From the IMG/VR virus record IMGVR_UViG_3300030708_002846, positions 1 to 61,525 of that record: a stretch of 61,525 nucleotides of DNA; one strand, given 5' to 3'. The notes under the pieces are model-generated. The model worked only from the letters and a program-made list of their open reading frames with translations. It had not been told where the DNA came from and made no database searches. The stretch comes from a virus. Lineage: Duplodnaviria > Caudoviricetes. Below, piece after piece: positions 1 to 11,200 of this stretch (its first letter is position 1; every line of letters starts with the position of its first letter). The position numbers were made by a program, and so were the translations under genes.

Positions 1-77
1 TTATCTTGTGGAAAAGCATTATCGAACATTTCTTTGTCACTCATAATTTAAATGCCTGCAGAGTTTCTAATTTTTCT
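1..77. repeat. 77-bp direct repeat identical to window end (circular assembly overlap)
   Basis: 1-77 is identical to 61449-61525. Confidence 0.95.
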
Positions 78-265
78 TCAGCATTAGATATTTTTTCAAT
101 AAGTTTATCGCATTCATCTACATGTTGTGGATGTTCTCCTATACCCACAGGTTTTTCCATGTAAATTTTTAATGTTGCTTCTGCCTCTGAAATTTGTGCA
201 TTGTATCTATCTTCTAAAGCTTGTATTATTAAATTTCTAAACACCGCACATTCCTTCGCATTCAT
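41..265 (-). CDS. small hypothetical phage protein (start uncertain)
   Basis: ORF lies between the PAPS-reductase-like gene and DUF3310 across the junction; stop abuts the DUF3310 start. Confidence 0.6.
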   Translation of the reverse strand: MNAKECAVFRNLIIQALEDRYNAQISEAEATLKIYMEKPVGIGEHPQHVDECDKLIEKISNAEEKLETLQAFKL

Positions 266-1076
266 TGTTAAACAAATCTTGTTGACTATCTTCTTTAAAT
301 TTTACCTCATCTAAAGGTTTACACTGCCTATGAACAAAGTTTTTGACTGGTGTATTATACATTCTCATATGTTTATCAAATTCTACAGCTTTTTCAAACT
401 CTTTTGGTCTATTATTTTTCATATCTAACCAAAAAGCATCATCATGAAATGGGCAACCAATGCAAGCTGATTTAGCTGGTGTTCTATAACCTTTACCCTC
501 ATACCATTTAAGGCAATCCTTTCGTGACATATTCTTTTCGATTAAAGGCCAAGTGTTTTTTTGCCACCAAAATCTTGAAGGTTTCATTCTCATTATTTCA
601 TCAGTAGAGATGCCAACCCATACCTCTACCCAATCATCTTTTTTCATTCTCTGCCTTGGTTTATAACCTAAAACTTCTCTTATCTTTTTAGCAATTGGAG
701 TAATCTTGTACTCTCGTGTGCATTGTCTACGACCCATACCTTTTTTACCTTTTTCATTTAATGTATAGAATGGAGCAGAAGCAAATTGATTACCTCCTGG
801 AGATAAAGCTTTCAATATATCTTTATCTAAATCTCCTTTTTTACAAATATGTATTGGTATGGATATTGTTTTTTTAAGCCACTCTAAATGTTCTAACACG
901 GGAGCAGGTTCCCAACCTGTATCAGCGAATACCATAAAGTCTGGTTTTTCTTCAAATAACCCTTCATGTGCCATCAGAGCCATTGTGCTTGATTGTACAC
1001 CAGCACCCAATGACAATACTCTTGCAAGCGGTTTATCTTTTCTTTTAATCAATTTTCCTTCTATTCTTGTTATCAT
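237..1076 (-). CDS. PAPS-reductase-like / PP-loop adenine nucleotide alpha-hydrolase family protein
   Basis: LSLGAGVQSS and FADTGWE motifs; Cys motifs SACIGCPFH and ECEGMCG. Confidence 0.7.
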   Translation of the reverse strand: MITRIEGKLIKRKDKPLARVLSLGAGVQSSTMALMAHEGLFEEKPDFMVFADTGWEPAPVLEHLEWLKKTISIPIHICKKGDLDKDILKALSPGGNQFASAPFYTLNEKGKKGMGRRQCTREYKITPIAKKIREVLGYKPRQRMKKDDWVEVWVGISTDEIMRMKPSRFWWQKNTWPLIEKNMSRKDCLKWYEGKGYRTPAKSACIGCPFHDDAFWLDMKNNRPKEFEKAVEFDKHMRMYNTPVKNFVHRQCKPLDEVKFKEDSQQDLFNNECEGMCGV

Positions 1077-2700
1077 GTTTTTTCATATATATTAAATAGT
1101 CTTCACCAATAGGATAGTGATATTTATAGTCTGTGCTTAAAATATGCAAAGTATCTCTTGCACGAGTTCCACCTGTATACCAAACTTTTTTTTCGTGAGA
1201 CTTTTCTTGTTTATTTTTGTGCCTGTAACTAGCTGGCCAATTAGCCTTAGAATATAATACAACATGATTTGCTTCATCACCTTTGACACTGTGTATTGTA
1301 TCAATTACTACTCTTGGTGCTTCATCTAATGTTTTAGTTCCATATCTTTTTAATAGTCTTAAAAAATATATAGCTTGTCTTGGTGAAAAATTTCTTTTTA
1401 ATATCCACCACCATTGTTTATTTTGCATTTCGTCTTGCATATCAAGACCACACCATTCTCTCAAATCATTAAAATTATATTCTTGAAAGTCTGGTACACC
1501 CTTCCAAAATTTTGGTGTTCTAAAATCAGAATCTTTAAGTTCTCTAATGTATTTGAACATAATTTCAGCATCTTTTTTACCTATTTTTTTTCCATTACTC
1601 ACAGCTGTCCATGCTTTTATTGCTTGCCATTGTTTTATATCAAATGATTTGTTGCCTTCATTATCAGAAAAATAAATACCTGCGTCTTTTGCTAAAGATT
1701 TAAGTTCATTCACGGTATTGTGCACTCTACCTAACAAAAACCATGTGCCCTCAAGATTAAATGGTATCTCTTTAAAATTTAAATATCTTTTTACAGCACT
1801 TTCCTTATCTTGTGGACTAAACGTTTTATCAATACTATCTAAAATTCCTTGACGCATAACCTGTGTAAATTCATGTATAGCTTTGCCATATCTTCTTGTC
1901 TTTTTCAAAACAACTTTTCTACCTGGAAAATAATGTGTAAAGTATTTAGAATCTGCTCCATTCCATTGATATATTGCTTGGTCATCATCACCTGCTAAAT
2001 AAATTCTTTTAACATTGTCTACCATTTTATAAATTACTGACCATTGAAGTGGTGTAAAATCTTGAGCTTCATCTAAAATTAAAACTTCCAATTGTGGGAA
2101 ATCTATAGAATCTATTGCCCTTTCGATCATGTCTGTAAAGTCTATAAAAGAAACTTCTCCGCCTGCTCTTTTGTAATGTTCATAAGTATCTATCTTTCTC
2201 AAAAAAACATCTAATGAATCTTGTCTATTACTTTCTTGTTTGTAAATACGAATTGGATCTTGCATCATATTTCTTGCTTTATCATAAACACCAAGAGACC
2301 AGTCTTTATAAGTAAAGTTATCTTCAGCTAATCTCGAATCACTTCTTTTTACAAAACTATTCTGTAGAGCGTAATCAATCATACAAGCTTTTGTATCAAA
2401 AATTTCCTCCTCAAAATATCTTCTACAGTAAGAATGCAATGTTCTAAATCTGCTAAATTGTTTATCACTTATATGTGGAAATGCTTCAGAAGCTCTTTTT
2501 ATGGCTGTGTTTACAGCTTTGTTTGTAAAAGATATAAATGCTATTTTTTCTGGATCTATACCAAGTTTAATATATTTTTTAACAACTCTCTCAATCAATG
2601 TCCAAGTTTTACCTGTACCAGGAGGACCAAATATTTTTATGGTCTTATGATAAAGTTTTTTATGTTTTTGGAGTTCTGAATTTTGTATGATACTGGTCAT
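1045..2700 (-). CDS. UvrD/Rep-like SF1 DNA helicase
   Basis: GPPGTGKT Walker A, DEAQD Walker B, GDDDQAIY, TIHSVKG, YTGGTRAR. Confidence 0.92.
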   Translation of the reverse strand: MTSIIQNSELQKHKKLYHKTIKIFGPPGTGKTWTLIERVVKKYIKLGIDPEKIAFISFTNKAVNTAIKRASEAFPHISDKQFSRFRTLHSYCRRYFEEEIFDTKACMIDYALQNSFVKRSDSRLAEDNFTYKDWSLGVYDKARNMMQDPIRIYKQESNRQDSLDVFLRKIDTYEHYKRAGGEVSFIDFTDMIERAIDSIDFPQLEVLILDEAQDFTPLQWSVIYKMVDNVKRIYLAGDDDQAIYQWNGADSKYFTHYFPGRKVVLKKTRRYGKAIHEFTQVMRQGILDSIDKTFSPQDKESAVKRYLNFKEIPFNLEGTWFLLGRVHNTVNELKSLAKDAGIYFSDNEGNKSFDIKQWQAIKAWTAVSNGKKIGKKDAEIMFKYIRELKDSDFRTPKFWKGVPDFQEYNFNDLREWCGLDMQDEMQNKQWWWILKRNFSPRQAIYFLRLLKRYGTKTLDEAPRVVIDTIHSVKGDEANHVVLYSKANWPASYRHKNKQEKSHEKKVWYTGGTRARDTLHILSTDYKYHYPIGEDYLIYMKKHDNKNRRKID

Positions 2701-4237
2701 CCATTTCGCTCACTATGTTTTTAGTATTAGTTTGTGTCTGTTTAATTGCCTGATGATTTACAAACTCAGGCATTGTAACATACCAAACATTTTTTTCTCC
2801 TTCATGATAATCATGTTTATCACATTTAAGTAATCTTAACGCTTCTACGACAGATGCGAAAGCCTTATTTGAATTTCTCTTTAAAAACCTATCTAATGTT
2901 GCTCTTTTAAAATACACAATATTTGATTTAGAGTCTAAAACAGTATAGCCATCTTTTAATTTATTGAAATCATCTTGTTCAATTGTAGTTTCAAAAAAAT
3001 CTTTTAACGTTTGATATTGTTCCTCTTCCAATGTATCTTCATATTTTAATTTAGTATTTTCAACTGCAGACTCAACGATGTGTTTCATTAATAGTTCAAA
3101 CGGATCAGGACCTTTTTTAGGTCTAGGTAAAGTTAACCAATACAGTCTATGTTTAGCTAAACAAGTTCTCCAAGTTTTTTGATCTTTAATATCTTCTGCT
3201 CTAAAAGATATGTGTGTATCTCTAAAATCACATTCCCATATAATTCCTTTTGTATCTTGGGTATAAATAATATCTTTAAAGTCATTTTTAATATCAGGAG
3301 CTTGTACTCCAATACCTAACTTTCTTAGTTTACAAGTTTCTTTGTCACAAATAGAAGCAACAAATCCATGTTTAGGTGGACAAAAATATTCATAACCTTT
3401 AGTATGAACTGATTGTGCAACCATATCACTTTCTGATCTTTTTAATGGTCCTTTTGGGTGATTAGCATATATGCTTCTTTGTCTTTCCCAAGCTACATCT
3501 TTTAATTGTTTTACTGTAAGACTACCCTCAGATTTCTTCATTTCAGTAACACAAATATTAAACAACATATTGTTTCTTTCACCTGTCCAACCTTCTTGTA
3601 TTACTTTTTGCACACAAGGAGGGTATTCTCTCCAATCAGTTTCTGCATTGTATTCTGTAATTTTGGATTTCAAAAATTCATTTGGTTCAACTGTTTTTTT
3701 CTTTGCTAATTCTATAAAACCACCTAACATTAAAGGTGTGTTTTGATCATCAAATGCATATTCAATTGCAGCATCTGCTTTGTGATAGGGCATACCTACT
3801 GCTTTATTTAATGGAAATACTTCTTTTGATAAAAAATATTCTTTATTTATTTCTTCAAGTTTTGCTTTTACCTTTACTTTATCTGCCCAATCAGAGAAGA
3901 AAATAAATAAGTGTAGACCGCCAGATTTAGATTTAACAGGGACAAGTGGTAAATCAAAATCTCTAATTATGTCGACATACTTTTTTTGTGAATATGCTTT
4001 ATAATTAGCAGGATCAATATCAATGCAAGACCACCTCAACTTATCACCGTTCTCAGGACGGATCCCTATTAAGACGTCACCCTTAATATGATCTGACCAA
4101 AGTTGTTCGGTAACTGGTTCGTGAACCGTGAGGTAGTCTGCTTGTTTCTTACCCCGTTCATCAGTTTCCCCCGTCAGAGAAACTGTGATGAACTGGGAAG
4201 AGTCACCCTCAAAAAGTTTGAGTAACTCTTTTTGCAT
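2660..4237 (-). CDS. AEP-family primase
   Basis: CIDID and KSKSGGLH catalytic motifs; PPC...GERNN PriCT-like region. Confidence 0.8.
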   Translation of the reverse strand: MQKELLKLFEGDSSQFITVSLTGETDERGKKQADYLTVHEPVTEQLWSDHIKGDVLIGIRPENGDKLRWSCIDIDPANYKAYSQKKYVDIIRDFDLPLVPVKSKSGGLHLFIFFSDWADKVKVKAKLEEINKEYFLSKEVFPLNKAVGMPYHKADAAIEYAFDDQNTPLMLGGFIELAKKKTVEPNEFLKSKITEYNAETDWREYPPCVQKVIQEGWTGERNNMLFNICVTEMKKSEGSLTVKQLKDVAWERQRSIYANHPKGPLKRSESDMVAQSVHTKGYEYFCPPKHGFVASICDKETCKLRKLGIGVQAPDIKNDFKDIIYTQDTKGIIWECDFRDTHISFRAEDIKDQKTWRTCLAKHRLYWLTLPRPKKGPDPFELLMKHIVESAVENTKLKYEDTLEEEQYQTLKDFFETTIEQDDFNKLKDGYTVLDSKSNIVYFKRATLDRFLKRNSNKAFASVVEALRLLKCDKHDYHEGEKNVWYVTMPEFVNHQAIKQTQTNTKNIVSEMDDQYHTKFRTPKT

Positions 4238-5058
4238 TAGAATGGTGTGGCTTCTTTTTTGACTTCTTTCTTAGCAGCTTCTTCTTTACCGAAGTCGACC
4301 TTACCAAAGATGTCCGATTTCATCGCACTCTCATAAAACGCTTTTGACGCTTCTAATGTACTCGCCAATTTTGGATCATCTAGATATCTATCGAATTCGA
4401 CAATCCACCCATACCAAGAGTTTTGTGAGTTACTTTCTTTAGTGGTCTTCAATCTATAGGCAGTAGCCCAAGACGGTGGAGTAAAGAAACCTTTTTTACC
4501 TTTAAGTCTTCTACTTGCAATCATTGAATTCCAAGTTTTAGATTTCTTCTTTTGAGTAGATTTCATAGTAATTAATGCGGTCTCCACAGGCACATAATTA
4601 CTATCTAAGATTTGTACAAAATGATTTCCTGTGTCTTCAACATAGTTACCATTTTCTAGTCTATCTTTACCGTCATCACCTCTTGTAGTTTGAGATAATA
4701 TTGAAGGCTCAGTATGTATACCAACAGGTCTACCAGGACTATCCCCTCTATCTTTCCACTCATTAAAGGTATTGATGTATAAACATGGTACAACGATTAA
4801 ACCATCTTTACCTTTGTATAAGGAACCAGTTATCTCATTGTAGATGTCACCTTGTTTAGCTGTCTCAATATACTTGCCATCTGATTCGTCAAGTACAGGT
4901 GAGTTTGCATAAAGGATTTTTAAAATAGGGAGTCTAGTATCCCTAGCAGTAACAAATTCTTGACCTTGTCCTGCTGACTCTTCCAAATTAAATGTAGTTG
5001 GAAGGGACGCTTCTTTTTTAACTGCTACATCCTTGGCAGCTTCTTTTGCTTGTTGCAT
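4237..5058 (-). CDS. putative single-stranded DNA-binding protein
   Basis: sits in the replication operon; charged tail ending PF. Confidence 0.5.
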   Translation of the reverse strand: MQQAKEAAKDVAVKKEASLPTTFNLEESAGQGQEFVTARDTRLPILKILYANSPVLDESDGKYIETAKQGDIYNEITGSLYKGKDGLIVVPCLYINTFNEWKDRGDSPGRPVGIHTEPSILSQTTRGDDGKDRLENGNYVEDTGNHFVQILDSNYVPVETALITMKSTQKKKSKTWNSMIASRRLKGKKGFFTPPSWATAYRLKTTKESNSQNSWYGWIVEFDRYLDDPKLASTLEASKAFYESAMKSDIFGKVDFGKEEAAKKEVKKEATPF

Positions 5059-5061
5059 TGT

Positions 5062-5607
5062 TTACTCCTTCGCTTTTATCTTTGTTCGTGTTGCTACGTA
5101 AACACCGAATAAATCGGCAGGAACATTACGACCATTTTCGATTTCATCTCTTACGAAACCTTTTAATGTCATAGGTTCTACCTTTTCGGCTTGCTTAACA
5201 TTATGCCCTTTATTTCTTAATTCGTCAACCAAAGTTTTAGCTTCATTATCTTGGCTTCTTCCAAAAGTTAAAGTAACATTATTTTTGATTAAATCTCCGT
5301 GACCATTATCACGTAACCAATCAAAAGCTTCTTCCTGTCTGGATACAGGTATCCTTGCTGCATAGTAAGGTTTTACTTCTACAGAGGAACCATCATTAAG
5401 TTTTAATAATTGTATCCCAGCTTGTTGCATGAGATTTGGAATATCGTTTTCAGAAAGTTTTGTTTCAGTCGCTTTTACTTTTTTTAATTTATCTTCTAGA
5501 TCTGATAGTTCTTTCTGGACGTCCAATAACTCATTACATTTTTTTGCTATGTCTGCTGACATGCTAGTATCGATTTTTACGTCTTTCGATAACTGTTCTA
5601 AGTCCAT
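5062..5607 (-). CDS. conserved phage replication-module protein (start reassigned to ATG 5607)
   Basis: AGGAGG SD upstream of ATG 5607; coiled-coil N-terminus; AFDWLRDNGHGDLIK motif. Confidence 0.75.
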   Translation of the reverse strand: MDLEQLSKDVKIDTSMSADIAKKCNELLDVQKELSDLEDKLKKVKATETKLSENDIPNLMQQAGIQLLKLNDGSSVEVKPYYAARIPVSRQEEAFDWLRDNGHGDLIKNNVTLTFGRSQDNEAKTLVDELRNKGHNVKQAEKVEPMTLKGFVRDEIENGRNVPADLFGVYVATRTKIKAKE

Positions 5608-5624
5608 ATGACCTCCTTGTTTAT

Positions 5625-5685
5625 GTGAGGATCTTATAAATATGTTATTTGACAATGTAAAGAAAAAAATATATTAATGGGACAA
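5625..5685. promoter_or_regulatory. divergent sigma70-like promoters
   Basis: + strand TTGACA(5649)-17-TATTAA; - strand TTTACA-17-TATAAG; lies between divergent genes. Confidence 0.6.
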
Positions 5686-5705
5686 CTCATTAGAGATTTA
5701 CACGA

Positions 5706-7115
5706 ATGACGGAACAATACATATATAAAACAAAACCTTTTGAGCATCAGCGCCAAGCTCTGATTCAAGGCGCAGAAAAAAGAAATTTTGCATATTTTAT
5801 GGAAATGGGTACTGGTAAAACCAAGGTTGCCATTGATAACGCCTGTTGGTTGTATCAAAAAAATAAAATAGATACTGTAATAGTTATTGCACCTAATTCA
5901 GTTTATAGAAATTGGATTAAAGAAATAAAAACACATGCACCTATAAATGATTTAAATATATGTGCACATAAAATGGAACCTTTTAGATGGAAAGATGGTT
6001 ATTTAAATTGGTTTTTAATTAATGTTGAAGCATTATCACATGCAAGTGGTGTAAAGGTATTACAAGAAATTACTCTAAATCATGCTTCTTCATGTATGAT
6101 GATTCTAGACGAAAGTACAACCATAAAAAACAGATCAGCAAAACGATCAAAAAACATTTGTAGATTAGGTAAACCAATCCAATACAAAAGGATACTAACA
6201 GGCTCGCCAATAACAAAATCTCCATTAGACTTATTTACTCAATGTGCCTTTCTAAGCGAATCACTTCTAGGATTCAAATCTTTTTTTACTTTTAGAGCAA
6301 GATACGCTGTAATGCAACAAATAGAAATGAATGGCAGAGCAGTTCTTTTTCCCAAATACTATACAAATCTTAATGAACTTGAGGAAAAACTTAAAACATT
6401 TTCATATAGAGTAAGAAAACACGAGTGTTTGGACCTTCCTGAAAAACTATATCAAGTAAGACAACTCACTATGTCCACTGAACAGAATGAAGTGTATCAA
6501 CAATTAAGAAGAAATGCGTTTGCTATCTTACAAGATAAAGAAGTGAGTTTTGCAAACAAACTTACAGAGATAATTAAACTACACCAGGTTTGTAATGGTT
6601 ATGTAAAAGCTGATGATGGAACTGTTACGCCTTTTGATAATTGTGCTAAAATCAAAGACTTGATGACAATAATTGATGAAGGAGAAGGTAAGTTTATTAT
6701 CTGGGCTAATTATGTTTACAACATTAAAACGATTATTGAAACGTTACAAAAGTCTTACGGTCATAGCTCTGTGGTTGCTATTTATGGAGAAGTTTCAACA
6801 GAAGATAGGACACAGGCTGTCGAACGGTTTCAAAATGATGATAGCTGCCGTTTTTTTGTTGGTAATCCTTCCACTGGTGGTTATGGTCTCACTCTTACCA
6901 ATGCTAGTTATGTTATTTATTTCAGCAATTCGTATAATTTGGAAGTACGTCAACAATCTGAAGATAGAGCTCATAGAATTGGTCAAAAGAAAAATGTGAC
7001 TTATATCGATTTAATAATGAGAGATACTATTGATCAATTAATTATTGGATCTTTAAAAAGAAAAATTAAAATAAGTGCAGAAACTTTAGGTGAAGAAGTT
7101 CTTAAGTGGCTTTAA
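5706..7115 (+). CDS. SNF2-family (SF2) helicase
   Basis: MEMGTGKT, DEST, LTGSP, GGYGLTL, QSEDRAHRIGQ. Confidence 0.92.
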   Translation: MTEQYIYKTKPFEHQRQALIQGAEKRNFAYFMEMGTGKTKVAIDNACWLYQKNKIDTVIVIAPNSVYRNWIKEIKTHAPINDLNICAHKMEPFRWKDGYLNWFLINVEALSHASGVKVLQEITLNHASSCMMILDESTTIKNRSAKRSKNICRLGKPIQYKRILTGSPITKSPLDLFTQCAFLSESLLGFKSFFTFRARYAVMQQIEMNGRAVLFPKYYTNLNELEEKLKTFSYRVRKHECLDLPEKLYQVRQLTMSTEQNEVYQQLRRNAFAILQDKEVSFANKLTEIIKLHQVCNGYVKADDGTVTPFDNCAKIKDLMTIIDEGEGKFIIWANYVYNIKTIIETLQKSYGHSSVVAIYGEVSTEDRTQAVERFQNDDSCRFFVGNPSTGGYGLTLTNASYVIYFSNSYNLEVRQQSEDRAHRIGQKKNVTYIDLIMRDTIDQLIIGSLKRKIKISAETLGEEVLKWL

Positions 7116-7818
7116 GTTTATAGTATTGTTCTACTCTTTCAAACCAAAGCTCTTCATACTCTGCCAGTCTTGTCTCATCTAACTCAAAACTTTGAAACTG
7201 TAAATCTTTGGTACACATCGCAACTAAACCACCCATTATAGGCCCGTGATTCTTTTTATGTGCTAAAGAATAAGCAGCTAATTGATAGTAATAATCTGTT
7301 ACCCATTCTTCTCTTTTTAATTTATTACTTTGTTTAAAGTCGATTATGTAAGGTTTATCTTTATACAAACCAACAAGATCTGTGCTTCCTGCCCATCTTT
7401 GATCATATTCTAAACTAACTTCACTACCATATATGATTTTTAATGGCTCAAGATTTTCTACAATTCTGTGTGCCATCATTCTTGCCTGGGCACCGTCTTT
7501 AGAATCATTCCAATATCCTATACCTTTTATATAGTTTTCTAACACATAATGCATTTCTGTTCCCCTTGTTGCAGCTTGAGTGGTTATTTTCTGTGCCTCT
7601 TGATAACCAACTCTAGCTCTCCATGCATCAAGTGATTTTCTTTTTTCCTCTGATTGTGTAGCTGATAATATTGTTGTAACTGAAGGTACTTTTTTTTCTC
7701 CTACAGCATAGGTTCGTGGGCCGTGATCATCGTCTCGTGTAAATTGTTTGTAAGTATACTTATCGTCCCATTTTAAATCTGTGATTGTGAATGTAGTATC
7801 AGTGCGAATAATCTTCAT
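7102..7818 (-). CDS. PD-(D/E)xK exonuclease
   Basis: PSVTTIL, RGTEMH, AGSTD...IIDFKQS, YQLAAY. Confidence 0.85.
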   Translation of the reverse strand: MKIIRTDTTFTITDLKWDDKYTYKQFTRDDDHGPRTYAVGEKKVPSVTTILSATQSEEKRKSLDAWRARVGYQEAQKITTQAATRGTEMHYVLENYIKGIGYWNDSKDGAQARMMAHRIVENLEPLKIIYGSEVSLEYDQRWAGSTDLVGLYKDKPYIIDFKQSNKLKREEWVTDYYYQLAAYSLAHKKNHGPIMGGLVAMCTKDLQFQSFELDETRLAEYEELWFERVEQYYKLKAT

Positions 7819-7830
7819 GCAGTAGTAATA

Positions 7831-8007
7831 CTACATATGATTTGAAAGTACAGCTAAAAGTATTGCACCTAGTCCACCTACTATAAACTTTTCCATTCTA
7901 GCGATACGTGCTTCCATTCTATCTATTCTATCAAATGTTTGTTTTTGCATGTATCTGCAAATTCTTTCATGATGTTCTATCTTTTGTAATGCTGATTTCT
8001 TAGCCAT
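7831..8007 (-). CDS. 58-aa coiled-coil protein with C-terminal TM helix (XhlA/holin-like); not in ORF track
   Basis: manual translation MAKKSALQKIEHHERIC...FIVGGLGAILLAVLSNHM; TAATG coupling to upstream gene. Confidence 0.65.
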   Translation of the reverse strand: MAKKSALQKIEHHERICRYMQKQTFDRIDRMEARIARMEKFIVGGLGAILLAVLSNHM

Positions 8008-8246
8008 TATAGTAAATCCTCATCTACATTTTTACCAATATAAACTTCTCCACCACCTTTTAGTTTTGTAGGAAATTCATATAAATAAGAATATTTATTT
8101 TCAATATCGCTTGAACCAATGTTTTCTGCTATGACAGGGACCGTTTTTAAAGTCTCTCCAGTTAAAGTTTTACTTTTGCCCAACCCACTTAAAGCAGCTC
8201 CTATAGCTATAGCTTTACCTAATTTTTTTAATTTTTTTCTAGACAT
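8007..8246 (-). CDS. small protein with C-terminal GG...DLL tag
   Basis: ORF ends KGGGEVYIGKNVDEDLL. Confidence 0.7.
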   Translation of the reverse strand: MSRKKLKKLGKAIAIGAALSGLGKSKTLTGETLKTVPVIAENIGSSDIENKYSYLYEFPTKLKGGGEVYIGKNVDEDLL

Positions 8247-11200
8247 TTGGATTCTCCGCTATTAGCTGACCTAAAGTATCATTTGGATTTAATGCTGCAA
8301 ATGTTTTGGCTCTATTTGCAGATACTGGTTGTATTGGTTGTATAGGTGTTATTGGAGCAACTCCTGATTGATTACTTTCTGCACTTTTTCCTAGTGCAAT
8401 TGCTTCATTGTCTATTTGATTTATTGCATCATTTGTATTCGCTGCAATTTCATTGCCTTTAAAAAAGTTTTCTGCGTTATTAATTACTTCTGTTGATGAA
8501 TTTTTAATTTGCTTAAGTTCAGGATACATCCTGTTTTTGATATCATCTGCTATACCTTCTATGCTAAAATTGTCCTGTGGAACTTTGGTTGGTAATGAAA
8601 GTAAATATTGAGATATTTCGTTAAAATTTATTTTTTGTGGATCAACTCTTGGTGCATCTTTTTCTTCGTCTAAAACATAATTATATAAGTCTGCAAATGA
8701 TTTTGATTGTGCTTTAGTCATAGGTTGGCTTACATAACTTTTAAACTCACCAGTTCCAGCTAATTGATCCATTCTTTTCATAGGATCAAAAACTAAATCA
8801 TAAAATTGTTTTACTCTTTTAGGATCTGCTAAAATTTTACCTGCATATCTTCCAAGTAGTATGAAAGAAACAGTTGGTAAAAGACCTACTGTAGCAACCC
8901 CTGCTCCAGCTGCGATTGTTCCTGACATAGGTAGTATTCCTCCCATAACACTTCCTAAACCACCCATTTGAAATCTTCTTTTTAAATATGTTGATGCATC
9001 TCCTAAATCATATGAATACTGACCTTCCATAACTTCTAAGATATCTTCAATTTGTCTAACTGCTTTAGAACCTTCTGCACCACCTCCATACATACTTATT
9101 AATCTATTTCTTGCTGTAGCAACCTCAGATGTTGTACCAACAAGACCTAAATTTTTTCTAAATCGAGCAGGATCGAATTGTGCTACTTCATCTGTTTTTA
9201 ATCTTAATTGATCGAAAGGTATGTCAGCAACACCAGCTTCCATAACCTCATCAACTTTCAAACCTCTTTTAGTTAATTCATCAGACAGTATTTCTTCATT
9301 TACATTATGTAAAAACTTATTATGCATAAAACCTTTGTCTCTTATAGTTTCTAATTTATTGAACAAAGGCACATCATTTAGTTTAGGTTTCATCATGTAA
9401 GCATCATTGAAAGCATCAAAAAAATAAATTTGTCTAAATCTATCAAAAATGGCTCGACCAGTTTTACCTGTTTGTCCACCTCTATCTACTCCCAAAAGTT
9501 TTCTTACATTTGTGATTGAAGAATCACTTCCATTCTTAAAAACATTCAATAATCCATCTGACCATAATTTATCAGGATCTAAATTTTGTCTACCTGCAAT
9601 ATTCAATAAACCTTTTTGTGTAAAAATATTAGAATCAAATTTATTAAATATAGCTGTTCCTTTTAATGCTGAACCCTCTGATTTAAATGTTCTAACACTT
9701 CTTGTGAATATTTCATTTGCTTTCAAAAGATCTGCTTCAAGCATTTTAACATCACCTACTAAATCTTGTAAAAATTTATTACCTGCATCAGGACCAAAAT
9801 CTTTTACTTGTTGATCAAAAGCTTCTTTTACTCTTTCATTTTTAAGTAAATCATCTATGTTTTCTGGATTAGCTAAAGCATTAAAATCCTTTTTCATAGC
9901 ACTATCTAATCTTCCTGCAATTCCTAATGGGTTTTTGAAATTAGTAAGAGAAATTGCTTCTTTCATTTGTCTATGAAAATCAACATATTGTTTACCCGTA
10001 ACTCCACTTACGTTGTATTCGAAAGTGTTTTGAATTGCATCTAAATACTTTAATAATGGGTCCATAGTTACATCTAATTCTTGTCTAATTTTTGGATCTT
10101 CAATTCTTTTTACAACAGGATCTGAAACTTCAGAATAATACTGTTTAATAGCTTTTGCTTCCTTAAGTAAATTATCCATTTTAATAAAAGGAATATTTCC
10201 TCCACCAATATTTTCAGCAGTTCTCATTACACCTAAGTATTGTTGATCGATAATGTTATTCCATTCTCTGAAATTTTTTTTCACCTGATTGATTGCCCCA
10301 TAACTAAGAATTTGAGCATCCGCATATGGAACTGATGAATCTAAAATATCAATCATTCTACCGTAAGTTTCTTTTTCTATAGCTGCTCTTGCAGCTTTTT
10401 GTGGACCACCAACTGCAGGGAAAATAGTAATTGTTTTTCCTGCATCTTTTAAACCTTTAGCTACAAAACCTACATTCTCATCAATGAGTGCTTGAGTATT
10501 TATAGGAATAGATTGTTCTCTTGCTTTTTTTGCTAAGTCATAAGCTCTATCACCTTCTAAACCAATTGCAGATCTATATCCTTTTGTCATAAGCGAAAGC
10601 ATAGGGGCTAATGCAAATGCTCCAAAATTAAAGTACAAAGCATTTTTCATTGCATCTGCTGCGTGAACTAAAGATCTTTCTCCAACAGGTAAAGCTCTAA
10701 TATCATCTTCACTTACGTTCGCTAAATCTTCAGAAGTTGTTGCAGCAAAATCAGTCATTAAATTAGCTGCATCAAATGTTAATGAACCTACACCAGCTCC
10801 GACAGATCCACCAAATTGTGACAATGCTTCTGTATATAAAAAAGGTGTAGGACCTTTCATTCTTATTTTACCTGGTCCTTGTCTTACAAAGTCTGCCATT
10901 TTACCTGCTGTAGAAGCTAAACCTTTTAAAAGTTTTGAACCTCTTACCATAGGTAATTTCATTAATTGTTTTTGAAATTGATTTATTTTTTCAGGTGAAA
11001 TTATAGTTCTTTGATCTACACCAAATTCTGCTTTAGCATTGTTTGCAATTAAAGATTTTACAAGCATATCTCTATTTTTAATATATGGAATTATAGAACC
11101 TGTAACATCTCCTACTAATTCCAAATCTGCTCTACCTATTCCTGTAGCAGTTTCAAACGGCTGTAATTTTTTTTGTTTTTGTGCTGCTAGAATTTCCATA

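Noticed and set aside
7102-7818. Cas4 call for the PD-(D/E)xK nuclease
   Set aside because: It lacks the four-Cys Fe-S ligands of Cas4 and looks like an ordinary phage exonuclease.
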